A stretch of DNA of 64,000 nucleotides from Limnochordia bacterium. Lineage in GTDB: Bacteria > Bacillota > Limnochordia > Darwinibacteriales > Darwinibacteriaceae. The notes below the pieces were generated by a model, which made no database searches, was not told the origin of the DNA, and saw only the letters and a list, made by a program, of their open reading frames with translations. The stretch is from assembly GCA_050952265.1 (NCBI GenBank), contig JBMNKP010000001.1, forward strand, positions 159,770 to 223,769, in the 5' to 3' direction. Position 1 is the first letter of the stretch. Each line of letters begins with the position of its first letter. Positions 1 to 9,048 of this stretch are shown piece after piece. The position numbers and the translations under genes were made by a program.

Positions 1-395
1 AGATGATCGCTGGCGAAGCAGCCCTGGCCGTAGTCTGGTCTGGAGAGGCCACGGTAGCCCGCAGCCAGAACCCGGATCTGGCTTTCGCCATCCCGAAGGA
101 AGGCACAAACCTCTGGTTTGATGTCATGGCAGTACCGAGCAACGCCAAGAACCCCGAAGGAGCCATGAAGTTCATCAACTTCATGCTCGACCCCGAAATC
201 GCCTTCCGCAACGCCGATTACACGGGCTACGCCGTGACCAACGGAGCTGCCCGTTCCATGCTTCCTCCGGAGATCAGTCAGGACCACAGCGTCTATCCGG
301 AACCGGAGGACTTGGTCAATGCCGAAGTGTTTGTCAACCTCGGGCAGACTCTGAGCATCTATGATCGCATCTGGACGGAAGTTAAGGCGCATTGA
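1..395 (+). CDS. potD: Spermidine/putrescine ABC transporter substrate-binding protein, C-terminal part (cut by window edge)
   Basis: WSGEA, IPKEGTNLWFD, A..FINFMLDPE and YDRIWTEVK motifs typical of PotD/PotF. Confidence 0.85.
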   Translation, partial: MIAGEAALAVVWSGEATVARSQNPDLAFAIPKEGTNLWFDVMAVPSNAKNPEGAMKFINFMLDPEIAFRNADYTGYAVTNGAARSMLPPEISQDHSVYPEPEDLVNAEVFVNLGQTLSIYDRIWTEVKAH

Positions 396-398
396 GAT

Positions 399-447
399 AA
401 AAAGAAAGCGGCTGGAGCTGTATGGGGCTTCAGTCGCTTATTGTTCT
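399..447. terminator. Bidirectional intrinsic terminator between convergent genes
   Basis: aagcggctggagc-tgtatggg-gcttcagtcgctt hairpin with A-rich and T-rich flanks. Confidence 0.6.
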
Positions 448-460
448 CACCGTATTTGCG

Positions 461-973
461 CTACTCACTGATCAGTCTCTCCTTCTTCAGCCGCCGGATC
501 CTCTTGTAGCAGCGGGCGATAGGGATGGATAGAATCACCACAGCAGCTACGTGGATCAGGCCTGGAACCGTTTGACCGGTGAAGATCTTCAGGCTGAAGG
601 CCAAGTTCATGATGGCGAAGGGGAGAAACATGTAGATGATGTTCTTGTAATGTGCGATCCGGGACTCTTTGTCGGAAAAAAGGTCGAACGGCCCATCTGC
701 CGCCTTTTTGCGCAGGTACACCCAGCGAGAGTAGGAGGCGACTACTTCCACGCCAGTCTCTCTCAGGAAGTTCAGATACGCGGTGCTTTCCAAGTGGTTG
801 ATGGGGTTTTTCAGCAGCTGGATGCGGTAGATGTACTCGCCGGGTTCGCCCTTCTCGAAGAGGTAACGCCCGAAGACGTAGTCTATGCAGTGCCAGCCCT
901 TTGCCGCCATCTGGTTCAGCCACTGTTCTTCCTTTTCGAAGTTGGAGATGAACTTAACGACGCTCTTCGTCAC
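461..973 (-). CDS. DUF2812 family membrane protein
   Basis: EKEEQWLNQMAAKGW..Y.FEKGEPGEYIYR and LFSDKESRI motifs; two C-terminal TM segments; coupled to padR. Confidence 0.8.
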   Translation of the reverse strand: MTKSVVKFISNFEKEEQWLNQMAAKGWHCIDYVFGRYLFEKGEPGEYIYRIQLLKNPINHLESTAYLNFLRETGVEVVASYSRWVYLRKKAADGPFDLFSDKESRIAHYKNIIYMFLPFAIMNLAFSLKIFTGQTVPGLIHVAAVVILSIPIARCYKRIRRLKKERLISE

Positions 974-1296
974 TGCTCTTCGCTCCTTGTCACTGATTTT
1001 CCGTGCCGCACCAACTCTTCCAGCCGGGCCAGCTCCTGCAAGAACACTGTTTCGCCACGTTCAGTGATCAGGTATTCCTTGCGGCGGGAATCTGACCCGT
1101 CAACAAGCGGCCTGATCCACCCTTTCTCCACCAGTGTGTTTATGGCTCCGTAGAGAGTCCCCGGGCCCAAGACCACTCTGCCGTTCGTCAGTTCCTGAAC
1201 CTTCTGCATGATGCCGTAACCGTGGAGCGGCTCGTGTAGGCTGAGAAGGATGTAGAAGACGGCTTCTGTGAGGGCACCCTGTTCCTCTGGGACCAT
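970..1296 (-). CDS. PadR family transcriptional regulator
   Basis: HGYGIMQ..LGPGTLYG..RRKEYLITERG; GGAGG RBS. Confidence 0.92.
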   Translation of the reverse strand: MVPEEQGALTEAVFYILLSLHEPLHGYGIMQKVQELTNGRVVLGPGTLYGAINTLVEKGWIRPLVDGSDSRRKEYLITERGETVFLQELARLEELVRHGKSVTRSEEQ

Positions 1297-1313
1297 GGTA
1301 CCACCTCCTTAAC

Positions 1314-1391
1314 TATATCCTTGACTGATATATCGCGGACAGTTATAACGTCTGACGACATAAATATATCACCGGGCGATATATGTGTCAA
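1314..1391 (-). promoter_or_regulatory. padR sigma-A promoter with four TATATC-N7-GATATA operator boxes
   Basis: Minus strand TTGACA(1386-1391)-17-TATATT; boxes at 1314-1332, 1329-1347, 1344-1362, 1365-1383. Confidence 0.7.
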
Positions 1392-1520
1392 GCGAAAATG
1401 AAGGTGAAGTTGTCCTTCCAAAAGCAAGAAATTACGGGTAAGATGAAAACAAAGAGAGGATCAGCCGAAAAACCTCCCACTGATGCGACGTATATTAATG
1501 AGGGCGAGGAGGAGGCGCAG

Positions 1521-2639
1521 ATGAGGCGAATCGCGTATTGTCTAGCCGTGTTGTTGCTAGCCTTTGCACTGACGGGGTGTGAGATTACCCCTGGGCCTGG
1601 GCCTGGTTTGACCACTGGGATAGAAGGCTACATTTACGTTCGGGCCAGCGTTTCACCGGCAGCAGCAGAGAACTCTGAGGACCAGGGTGATGTGCTGTTT
1701 TCGGCGAGCGAAGTCCCTCCCTATGGGTATGTTGCACTTAGGAATGCGGTGGTTCAAGCCAGGAACGACTACTCGGGGCAGACCAAGAGCGGAAGGACCG
1801 GTAACAATGGGTATTTCCGGATCACCGGTTTGGCCTCTGGTCCCTACACGGTGAGGGTGTTGTCTCTGCGCAATGCTGCCACGTCAACCTATGTCTACGC
1901 CAATCAGATGTCGTGGGTCGTGGGGAATTTCGAGGGCATGGCCTATTACCTCGTGATCGGTATCAGCAGCTACAGCGGTGACCGGTACTATCCGGGGCCG
2001 GCGCAGGATGCTGAGGCAATTTACAACACGCTGCACGGGGGCAACATGTTAGCTGGCTATGGCAAGCTTCTGAAAAACAGTCAAGCTACGAAGGCCAACA
2101 TCAAAAGAGAAATCGACAACCTGATCAGCATGGCTCGCAGCCCCCATGATTACCTGGTAATCTACTTCTCAGGCCTTTCGGGCTCCGACTATCTGAGCCC
2201 CTATGATGACAATGGACAGACGTGGAGCACAGCTATCACCGATGCTGAACTGGAGTCTTGGGTCAAATTCTTCCCCGGCGACAGTGTGACTCTGATCGTG
2301 GATGGCTCATTTTCGGAGACCATGGCCGACGGCAAACCGTTCCAGCCCTTCGCATTCAGGAAGGACTGGCGGTACACGGTGCTGGCCGGCGCCAGGAAGA
2401 ATCAGCGGGTGAACTACGATAATAAACTGGGGCACAGCGTTTTCACCCACTTCTTGCTTATGGGCTTGCAGACGAGAAACGCCGATCTGAACCGGGACGG
2501 GAACATTACAGCATATGAGCTTTACGAGTACACCAAAGAAGAGATGTACTGGTATTATGATCGCAACCGGGCATCGGATTATCACGAACCGTATATCTAC
2601 GAAGGGTACTATGGCGATACGCCGATCTTCAGATACTAA
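1521..2639 (+). CDS. Lipoprotein: carboxypeptidase-regulatory-like beta-sandwich plus caspase (peptidase C14)-family domain lacking catalytic His and Cys
   Basis: GGAGG RBS before ATG 1521; lipobox LTGC; GRTGNNGYFRITGL..GPYTV; LVIGISSY, ATKANI, YFSGLSG (normally FSGHG), IVDGSFS (normally LDAC.SG), HSVFTHFLL.GL, ADLNRDGNIT..EL. Confidence 0.8.
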   Translation: MRRIAYCLAVLLLAFALTGCEITPGPGPGLTTGIEGYIYVRASVSPAAAENSEDQGDVLFSASEVPPYGYVALRNAVVQARNDYSGQTKSGRTGNNGYFRITGLASGPYTVRVLSLRNAATSTYVYANQMSWVVGNFEGMAYYLVIGISSYSGDRYYPGPAQDAEAIYNTLHGGNMLAGYGKLLKNSQATKANIKREIDNLISMARSPHDYLVIYFSGLSGSDYLSPYDDNGQTWSTAITDAELESWVKFFPGDSVTLIVDGSFSETMADGKPFQPFAFRKDWRYTVLAGARKNQRVNYDNKLGHSVFTHFLLMGLQTRNADLNRDGNITAYELYEYTKEEMYWYYDRNRASDYHEPYIYEGYYGDTPIFRY

Positions 2640-2663
2640 CACGGGATTTCGAGGAGGGATACT

Positions 2664-3434
2664 ATGAAAAGGTTGACTATCGCTTTGCTGGCAGCGCTGC
2701 TGCTTATCGGGTCTGTTCCGGCGGCCGCCCAGTGGGAGAGCTACGGAACTGTTACTGACGTTACTGCGATAGCCTGGCTCGAGGGCGGTACCTTGAGTGT
2801 TGCGCTTGCCAACTCCAGCAACACCAGGACCACGGTAACCGTTTCGACCAATACAGTCGATTCCTGGGGCAGGCCGGTGTTTGCCTCTCGCCAGGTGAGC
2901 ATTCCGGGGCGCACCATCGTGCTGGAGACCTTCTACCCGGGAACTTACTGGCGCGGTGAGCTCGATGTGCGGGTTTCGGGAGGGTTCCGCGGGTTCAAGG
3001 TTCCGGTTCAGAACGGGGACATCTTCCAGCCGGACAGCTACATCGTCGCAGCCAACACCCAGCTGAACGTGCGGGTGAACCTGGACAATCTCCTGGACAG
3101 CTCCGGTCAAACCCGCTTGGTTGTTGATGACTACTACACCACACAGGGCGGCGCGCAGGACGATCGCATCCGCATCGAATCCATTGGCGGCGGCCTTACA
3201 CAGGTGCGGGGTACCAACACAATCGAGTATGTGAAGCCGTATATGGTGCTGAGGATGAAGACTCCCAACATCGCCGGCCTGACCACCTTGACCTTCGGCA
3301 TGCGCAAGTCAGAAGGCCCATCCAACTGGTGGCAGGAGAGGATCGAGGGCCCAACCATCCTGGTTTACGGCCGCAACATGCGCTTCCTCGGAACATCACC
3401 GTACGATGACAACAGCGGGAGAGTGGCGCGGTAG
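2664..3434 (+). CDS. Secreted beta-rich hypothetical protein (paralog A)
   Basis: Signal peptide ending AAA; RBS; co-linear similarity to 3458-4258. Confidence 0.8.
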   Translation: MKRLTIALLAALLLIGSVPAAAQWESYGTVTDVTAIAWLEGGTLSVALANSSNTRTTVTVSTNTVDSWGRPVFASRQVSIPGRTIVLETFYPGTYWRGELDVRVSGGFRGFKVPVQNGDIFQPDSYIVAANTQLNVRVNLDNLLDSSGQTRLVVDDYYTTQGGAQDDRIRIESIGGGLTQVRGTNTIEYVKPYMVLRMKTPNIAGLTTLTFGMRKSEGPSNWWQERIEGPTILVYGRNMRFLGTSPYDDNSGRVAR

Positions 3435-3457
3435 TCTGAGCTGAGGAGGATGAAGAG

Positions 3458-4258
3458 TTGCGTCGTTTGAGTTCGGTTCAAGCTTTGACAGCAGCAGTGT
3501 TCATTGTGGTTCTTCTCGCCAGTCCGGCCGCTGCGGCCATGCGGGACGGCTGGTTGGGAGACATGGCAGTTGTGGCATGGCTGGAAGACTCGACCGTGAA
3601 AGTGGCGTTGGCCAATGGAGGCACATCCCGCCTCACCGTGACGTTAACTTCGGAAGGGTGGGACCAGCGCTGGCGCCCGTTTTTCCTGGATCGTACTCTC
3701 GTGGTGCCGGCCCGCACCGTGGTCATCGAGGCCTTCAACCTGAACTCAACGTGGCGTGGCGAACCTGTGGCAGTAAAGGTCAGCGCCTGGGACCGGGAGG
3801 CGGTGGTGGAAGTTCAGACTCAAGAGATCTTCAGCCCCTCTTCCTATGTGGTGCGTTCTCAGGAGGAGCTGCAGGTGTTTGTCGATCTGGCCTTTCTGGC
3901 TCCTGAACGGGAGACCGTAACTCTTGTGGTCGATGATGTCTACCGAGGCCTCGGTCAGAGCGATGTGGGCGAGATCACGGTCAAATCTGTGGAAGGCGGG
4001 TTCTACTTCTCACCGGCTCGCCAGCGGGTGGAGTGGATCGACCCCTATATGATCCTGACCATGCAGGCACCACGGCCGCAGCGGGAGGTTACCACCTTCT
4101 CCTTCAGCGTCTACAAGGTTCCGGAGGATGCCCGCGGGCGCTATTCTGACCAGGAGATCGAAGGCCCGACCATCCTGGTCTTCAGCCGGCAGCTGGCCTA
4201 TCAGGACAATTCTCATTTGAGTTCGCCTCCAACTCCCGCTTGGGATTGGCGGCGGTAG
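3458..4258 (+). CDS. Secreted beta-rich hypothetical protein (paralog B)
   Basis: TTG start after GAGGAGG; signal peptide; shares AWLE, VALAN, IF.P.SY.V, LVVDD.Y, PYM.L.M..P and IEGPTILV with paralog A. Confidence 0.8.
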   Translation: MRRLSSVQALTAAVFIVVLLASPAAAAMRDGWLGDMAVVAWLEDSTVKVALANGGTSRLTVTLTSEGWDQRWRPFFLDRTLVVPARTVVIEAFNLNSTWRGEPVAVKVSAWDREAVVEVQTQEIFSPSSYVVRSQEELQVFVDLAFLAPERETVTLVVDDVYRGLGQSDVGEITVKSVEGGFYFSPARQRVEWIDPYMILTMQAPRPQREVTTFSFSVYKVPEDARGRYSDQEIEGPTILVFSRQLAYQDNSHLSSPPTPAWDWRR

Positions 4259-4277
4259 CAGGTTTTGGGGATATCCA

Positions 4278-4326
4278 CCCTTCACCTAGGCAGGATCTGC
4301 CTGCCCGGGTGGAGGGTTTTGCTTTT
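4278..4326 (+). terminator. Intrinsic terminator of the caspase-like operon
   Basis: acccttcacctaggcagg-atctg-cctgcccgggtggagggt followed by tttgctttt. Confidence 0.65.
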
Positions 4327-4406
4327 CAGGAGAAGCAGGGAGATGCAAACAGCTGTGGAATAAAGCAGCTAACCGCTGAAACGCTAGCCTTGGGAGGTGC
4401 AGAGAG

Positions 4407-5288
4407 TTGAACAAAGTGGATTTTGTGATCATCACTGGCTTGTCGGGTGCGGGCAAGACGCAGGCCATGAAGGTCTTGGAAGATCTGGAGTTTTTCTGCA
4501 TAGACAACCTGCCCCCTGCTCTGCTGCCCCGCTTGGTTGAGCTGCACGTGCAGAGTCAGAGCGCCCGGCAGTATGCAATCGCCATCGACATCCGTGTTCG
4601 TGAGTACTTCAGTGATCTGCGCCAATCCCTGGAATGGCTCGAAGGGAGCGGCCACTCGTACATGATCATCTTCCTGGACTGCTCCGACTCCGTGCTCATC
4701 AAGCGCTTCAGCGAAACCAGGCGCCTTCATCCCCTGATCAAGGGGAAGACTGAAGCCGAGAGCATTTTCGCAAGCATCGCTGAAGAAAGGCGGCTTCTCG
4801 CCGAAGTGCGGGGGATGGCCCATGTGGTCATCGATACAAGCGACATGCGCCCCATGGACCTCAAGGTGCGCATCAGCGACATTTTCGCCGGGATCCCCCT
4901 GCAGGAGTCTGTTCTGGTGGATGTGTTTTCCTTCGGGTACAAATACGGGGCGCCGATCGATGCGGATATCGTGTTTGACGTGCGCTTCATCCCCAATCCG
5001 TTTTACGTGGATGAACTGCGGCACCTCACCGGCCAGGATGCTGAAGTGGCCGATTACGTCCTCCGCTGGCCGGCCACCCAGCTGTTCTTGGAGAAGTTCA
5101 CCAACCTTATCTACGAACTACTTCCCGACTTCGCCCGAGAGGGAAAGGGCCATTTGAGTATCGGTATCGGCTGCACAGGCGGCCAGCACCGCTCGGTGGC
5201 CATCGCCAATGAGCTGGCCAGGCGGCTGGAGAACCTGAGGGTCAAAGCCCGGGCCAGGCACAGGGAGCTTGGCTGGAGCAGTTCGTAA
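4407..5288 (+). CDS. rapZ: RNase adapter / P-loop nucleotide-binding protein RapZ (YvcJ)
   Basis: ITGLSGAGKT, CIDNLP, RFSETRRLHPL, FSFGYKYG, DVRFIPNPFY, GCTGGQHRSV. Confidence 0.95.
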   Translation: MNKVDFVIITGLSGAGKTQAMKVLEDLEFFCIDNLPPALLPRLVELHVQSQSARQYAIAIDIRVREYFSDLRQSLEWLEGSGHSYMIIFLDCSDSVLIKRFSETRRLHPLIKGKTEAESIFASIAEERRLLAEVRGMAHVVIDTSDMRPMDLKVRISDIFAGIPLQESVLVDVFSFGYKYGAPIDADIVFDVRFIPNPFYVDELRHLTGQDAEVADYVLRWPATQLFLEKFTNLIYELLPDFAREGKGHLSIGIGCTGGQHRSVAIANELARRLENLRVKARARHRELGWSSS

Positions 5289-5319
5289 CATGCAGCAATA
5301 ACGTGCAAAGGGTGAGTCT

Positions 5320-6708
5320 ATGGATCGCGCTGAAAGACTGGGGAAGGAGAGGATCCTCCCCCTTTTGCTGAGATTCTCCATACCGGCCATTGTGGGCATG
5401 CTTGTGCAGGCCCTTTACAATGTGGTTGACCGCATTTTCGTGGGTAACGGCGTGGGCGCCTTGGGACTTGCCGGGCTGTCCATCGTTTTCCCGGTTATGC
5501 TGGTGCAGATGGCGTTTGTTATGCTGGTTGGCTTGGGCGCTACTGCCCTGATCTCCATCCGCCTGGGGGAAGGGCGCAGGGAAGAGGCGGAGAAGATCAT
5601 GGCCAATGCCCTCGGGCTCCTTGTGCTTATCGCAGTGATCGGAACGACGGCCGGGATCCTCTTCCTCGATCCTGTGCTGCGGCTCTTGGGTGCCAGCGAT
5701 GCTGTCCTGCCCTATGCCCACGATTACCTGAGCATCATCCTCTACGGAGCCATCTTCCAAGCCGTGGGCTTCGGCCTCAACCACATGATCCGTGCGCAGG
5801 GAAGCCCCGCTGTCGCCATGGCTACCATGCTCATTGGAGCCATCTCCAATACCATTTTGGACCCGGTTTTCATCTTTGTCTTCGGTTTGGGGGTCAAGGG
5901 CGCGGCCTTCGCCACGATTCTGGCCCAAGCCTTGTCCGCAGCGTGGGTGCTCTCCTACTTTCTCAGAGGCAAAAGCCAGCTGCGCCTGAACTGGCGCGCT
6001 GTACCCAGGCTTGAGCTGCACGTTGTGAAGCAGATCGCCACTATCGGCTTTGCGCCCTTCTCGATCCAGATGGCGTCCAGCGTTCAGAACCTGATCCTCA
6101 ACCAAATCTTGATCAGGCACGGGGGAGACCTGGCCATCTCAGCCATGAGCATTGTCTTCAGTTTGAACACCTTGATCCTGATGCCCATCTTTGGCATCAA
6201 CCAGGGAGCCCAGCCCATCCTGGGTTTCAACTACGGTGCCAAGCAGTATGACCGTGTGCGCCAGACTTTCCGCTATGCTGCAGGCGGAGCCACCATCATT
6301 GTGTGCTTGGGCTTTTTGGCAACCCGCCTCTTCCCAAGACAGCTTGTGTCTCTGTTTGGCCGGCAGGATGCTGATCTGATCGCACTAGGAGTACAGGCGG
6401 TCCGTACCGCCACCCTCGGCCTGCCCGTTGTCGGGTTGCAGATCGTTGGGTCCAACTTCTTCCAGGCGCTGGGCAAACCGACCAAAGCTTCTCTGCTTTC
6501 TCTCAGCCGTCAAGTGCTCCTGCTCATCCCCCTGGTGCTGATTCTGCCCAGGTTCTTGGGCCTAGCCGGTGTGTTCGCTTCGTATCCCCTCTCCGATGTC
6601 GGGGCAGCGGCGGTGACGGCCATCCTTGTTCTGAGGGAATTCGCTCACTTAAGCAGGGCCGAAAGGCAGGAGGCGCCCGCAGCCCTGGTAAGCGAGGTGA
6701 ACCCATGA
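5320..6708 (+). CDS. MATE family efflux transporter (MepA-like)
   Basis: ALYNVVDRIFVG, ILDPVFIF..GVKGAA.ATIL.Q, QPILGFNYGAKQYDR; about 12 TM. Confidence 0.92.
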   Translation: MDRAERLGKERILPLLLRFSIPAIVGMLVQALYNVVDRIFVGNGVGALGLAGLSIVFPVMLVQMAFVMLVGLGATALISIRLGEGRREEAEKIMANALGLLVLIAVIGTTAGILFLDPVLRLLGASDAVLPYAHDYLSIILYGAIFQAVGFGLNHMIRAQGSPAVAMATMLIGAISNTILDPVFIFVFGLGVKGAAFATILAQALSAAWVLSYFLRGKSQLRLNWRAVPRLELHVVKQIATIGFAPFSIQMASSVQNLILNQILIRHGGDLAISAMSIVFSLNTLILMPIFGINQGAQPILGFNYGAKQYDRVRQTFRYAAGGATIIVCLGFLATRLFPRQLVSLFGRQDADLIALGVQAVRTATLGLPVVGLQIVGSNFFQALGKPTKASLLSLSRQVLLLIPLVLILPRFLGLAGVFASYPLSDVGAAAVTAILVLREFAHLSRAERQEAPAALVSEVNP

Positions 6709-8306
6709 GAATCTATCTGGCGCAAGAGAATCCAAAGGTGGGGGATCTTAAGGGCAACCTATCCAGGCTGCGCCAGGTTGTCCGGGAAAACTCCGCCGCA
6801 GAGCTTATTGTCTTTCCTGAGCTGTACTTAACTGGCTATCCGCCTGGCGATCTCCTGCTGCGCACTGACTTCCTGGAAGCAGTTCGCGGTACTCTCGTTG
6901 CTGTGCAGGAGTTCAGCAGGGAACACCCAGAGACCGCGCTGATCGTGGGAACACCCTGGCAGGAAGAAGGAACGCTTTTCAATTCGGCAGTCGTGCTACA
7001 GGACGGCGCGGTGCTGGGAGTTCAGCACAAGCGCCAGCTGACTCCCTTCCGGTCCTTCCCTGAGAGCCGTTACTTCAGCCCTGGCCGGGAAAACCTCATT
7101 CTTTCGCTTGCGGGGCGTTCAATAGGTTTTGCTTTGGGCCTGGAACTAGATGGCCGGTTGGCGCATGGTCTCAAGAAAGCTGGCGCAGATGTGGTCATCA
7201 ATCTGCGGGCAGTGCCTTTCCAGGCGCGGGACGAAGTGCGTTTTCCGCAGGAGCTTTCTCAGCTGGCAGCGGCGTCAGGGTTAACCGTGGCTGCAGCGGG
7301 CCAGGTCGGAGGCAATGACGGCTTGGTCTTTTCCGGGGCGGGCCTCGTCGTTGATGCGGCAGGGCGGCTGCGCGCGGCACTGCCGCGCTTTCAGGCGGGC
7401 GGTCTGCTCGTTGACCTTGATTCTCTCGGGGAACCTCTGGTCGAGGAGCCTGTCACCGAACCGTCCCTCGTTTTCCAAGCCCTGGTCCTTGGGCTGAGGG
7501 ATTATCTCAGAAAATGCGGGATGAAAAGGGTGATCATCGGACTGTCCGGAGGGATCGACTCCGCCGTGGCCGCCTGCGTGGCGGCGGCAGCGGTTGGGCC
7601 CGAGAGGGTGTGGGGAGTTGCCCAACCCGGCCCTTACTCCTCACCAGGCAGCGTCCAAGATGCGCGGGCCCTGGCCCGCAATCTCGGCATCAGGTTTGAC
7701 ATCCTTCCCATAACCGAACTCTATCGCGGTACCTTAACGGCACTCGATGGGCACTTCACCGGAACATCCATGAACGTGGCGGAGGAGAACATCCAGGCCC
7801 GGCTGCGGGGACTCCTGCTCATGGCTCTTTCCAACAAGTTCGGCGGCCTTGTTCTCACCAACAGCAACAAGAGCGAGCTCGCGGTGGGCTACTGTACGCT
7901 TTACGGGGACATGTGCGGCGGACTGGCCGTTTTGGCCGATCTATACAAGACCATGGTCTACCAGCTCGCGGAGTATATCAACCGGGAGGGGGAAGTGATC
8001 CCCCGGAACACCATCCACAAACCGCCTTCCGCGGAGCTCAGGCCCGATCAGCGTGATGAGGACAGCCTGCCGCCCTACCCGGTTTTAGACGGTATTCTCG
8101 CTGCTTACCTCGATGAGGGGTTGAGCCCAGGAGAGATCGTGGGGCGGGGATATGACGAGGAAACGGTACGCTGGGTGATCAGGACGGTGGAAGCGAGTGA
8201 GTACAAACGCCGGCAGGCAGCTCTTATCCTGAGGGTCACCACGCCCCTGCTGGGCTGGGAGCGGGCCGTGCCTCTCGCGGCGGTGAAAGGCCCATGGAAA
8301 GAATAA
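6705..8306 (+). CDS. nadE: NAD+ synthetase, two-domain (nitrilase-like + synthetase); glutaminase Cys missing
   Basis: FPEL..TGYPP.DL; GLSGGIDS, ENIQARLRG, NKSELAVGY.TLYGD, KPPSAELRPDQ.D.DSLPPY. Confidence 0.93.
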   Translation: MRIYLAQENPKVGDLKGNLSRLRQVVRENSAAELIVFPELYLTGYPPGDLLLRTDFLEAVRGTLVAVQEFSREHPETALIVGTPWQEEGTLFNSAVVLQDGAVLGVQHKRQLTPFRSFPESRYFSPGRENLILSLAGRSIGFALGLELDGRLAHGLKKAGADVVINLRAVPFQARDEVRFPQELSQLAAASGLTVAAAGQVGGNDGLVFSGAGLVVDAAGRLRAALPRFQAGGLLVDLDSLGEPLVEEPVTEPSLVFQALVLGLRDYLRKCGMKRVIIGLSGGIDSAVAACVAAAAVGPERVWGVAQPGPYSSPGSVQDARALARNLGIRFDILPITELYRGTLTALDGHFTGTSMNVAEENIQARLRGLLLMALSNKFGGLVLTNSNKSELAVGYCTLYGDMCGGLAVLADLYKTMVYQLAEYINREGEVIPRNTIHKPPSAELRPDQRDEDSLPPYPVLDGILAAYLDEGLSPGEIVGRGYDEETVRWVIRTVEASEYKRRQAALILRVTTPLLGWERAVPLAAVKGPWKE

Positions 8307-8980
8307 AGGTAATCTACGAAGACAACCACCTTCTTGTGGTGATCAAGCCCCCGAACGTGCTTTCCCAGGCCGATCGCACGGGCGATCCAGATATGCTCAC
8401 TCTCCTCAAAGAGTATGTGCGGGAGAAGTACAGCAAGCCGGGGAGGGTGTATCTCGGCCTGGTACACCGCCTGGACCGGCCTGTAGGCGGGGTGATGGTC
8501 TTTGCCCGCACTTCCAAGGCCGCCAGCCGCCTCTCGGCGCAGATCAGGGAAGGCGGATTCCGCCGGCAGTACCTGGCCGTCGTCCAAGGCTATCTGGAGG
8601 AGAGGGAAGGGTCGTTGAGCGGCTATCTGCGGAAAGACCGCCAGCGCAACGTCTCCCAGCTGGTGGAACCTGAGGCGCCAGGTGCGCAGGAAGCCAGGCT
8701 GCATTTCTGGGTCGTTGACAGGAAGGGCGGGCGCACTCTGCTGCGGCTGGAGCTGGAAACGGGGCGTTCGCATCAGATCAGGGTGCAGATGGCTGCCTGC
8801 GGCCATCCCCTGGTTGGGGACCAGCGCTACGGGTTGCCCAGCCCTGGGCAGCAGATCGCCCTCTGGGCCGAGTATCTGAGCTTCATCCACCCCACGACCA
8901 AAGAAGTGCTCGAGTTCAGGGAAGCTCCTCCACCGGTACCGCCCTGGGTAGATTTCCACACTGCGCTGAAGCGCAGGTAG
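8294..8980 (+). CDS. RluA family RNA pseudouridine synthase
   Basis: IYEDNHLLVV.KP, HRLDRPVGG, LETGRSHQIRVQ, GHPLVGD..YG. Confidence 0.93.
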   Translation: MERIKVIYEDNHLLVVIKPPNVLSQADRTGDPDMLTLLKEYVREKYSKPGRVYLGLVHRLDRPVGGVMVFARTSKAASRLSAQIREGGFRRQYLAVVQGYLEEREGSLSGYLRKDRQRNVSQLVEPEAPGAQEARLHFWVVDRKGGRTLLRLELETGRSHQIRVQMAACGHPLVGDQRYGLPSPGQQIALWAEYLSFIHPTTKEVLEFREAPPPVPPWVDFHTALKRR

Positions 8981-8993
8981 TCGAAAGCATATG

Positions 8994-9039
8994 AAAAAAA
9001 GCCCAAACGCTTAAAAGGCGCTTGGGCTCTGTTTTTTCT
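8994..9039. terminator. Bidirectional intrinsic terminator
   Basis: A7-gcccaaacgc..gcgcttgggct-ctgtttttt between convergent genes. Confidence 0.7.
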
Positions 9040-9048
9040 TAGAAGCTG

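Noticed and set aside
1468-1494. ECF-sigma-like promoter (AAAC-15-CGTA) for the caspase-like operon
   Set aside because: Spacing is off the usual 16 bp and the motif is too short to support without TSS data
1383-1520. Longer N-terminus of the caspase-like ORF
   Set aside because: RBS and lipoprotein signal peptide place the start at 1521; the upstream part overlaps the padR promoter region
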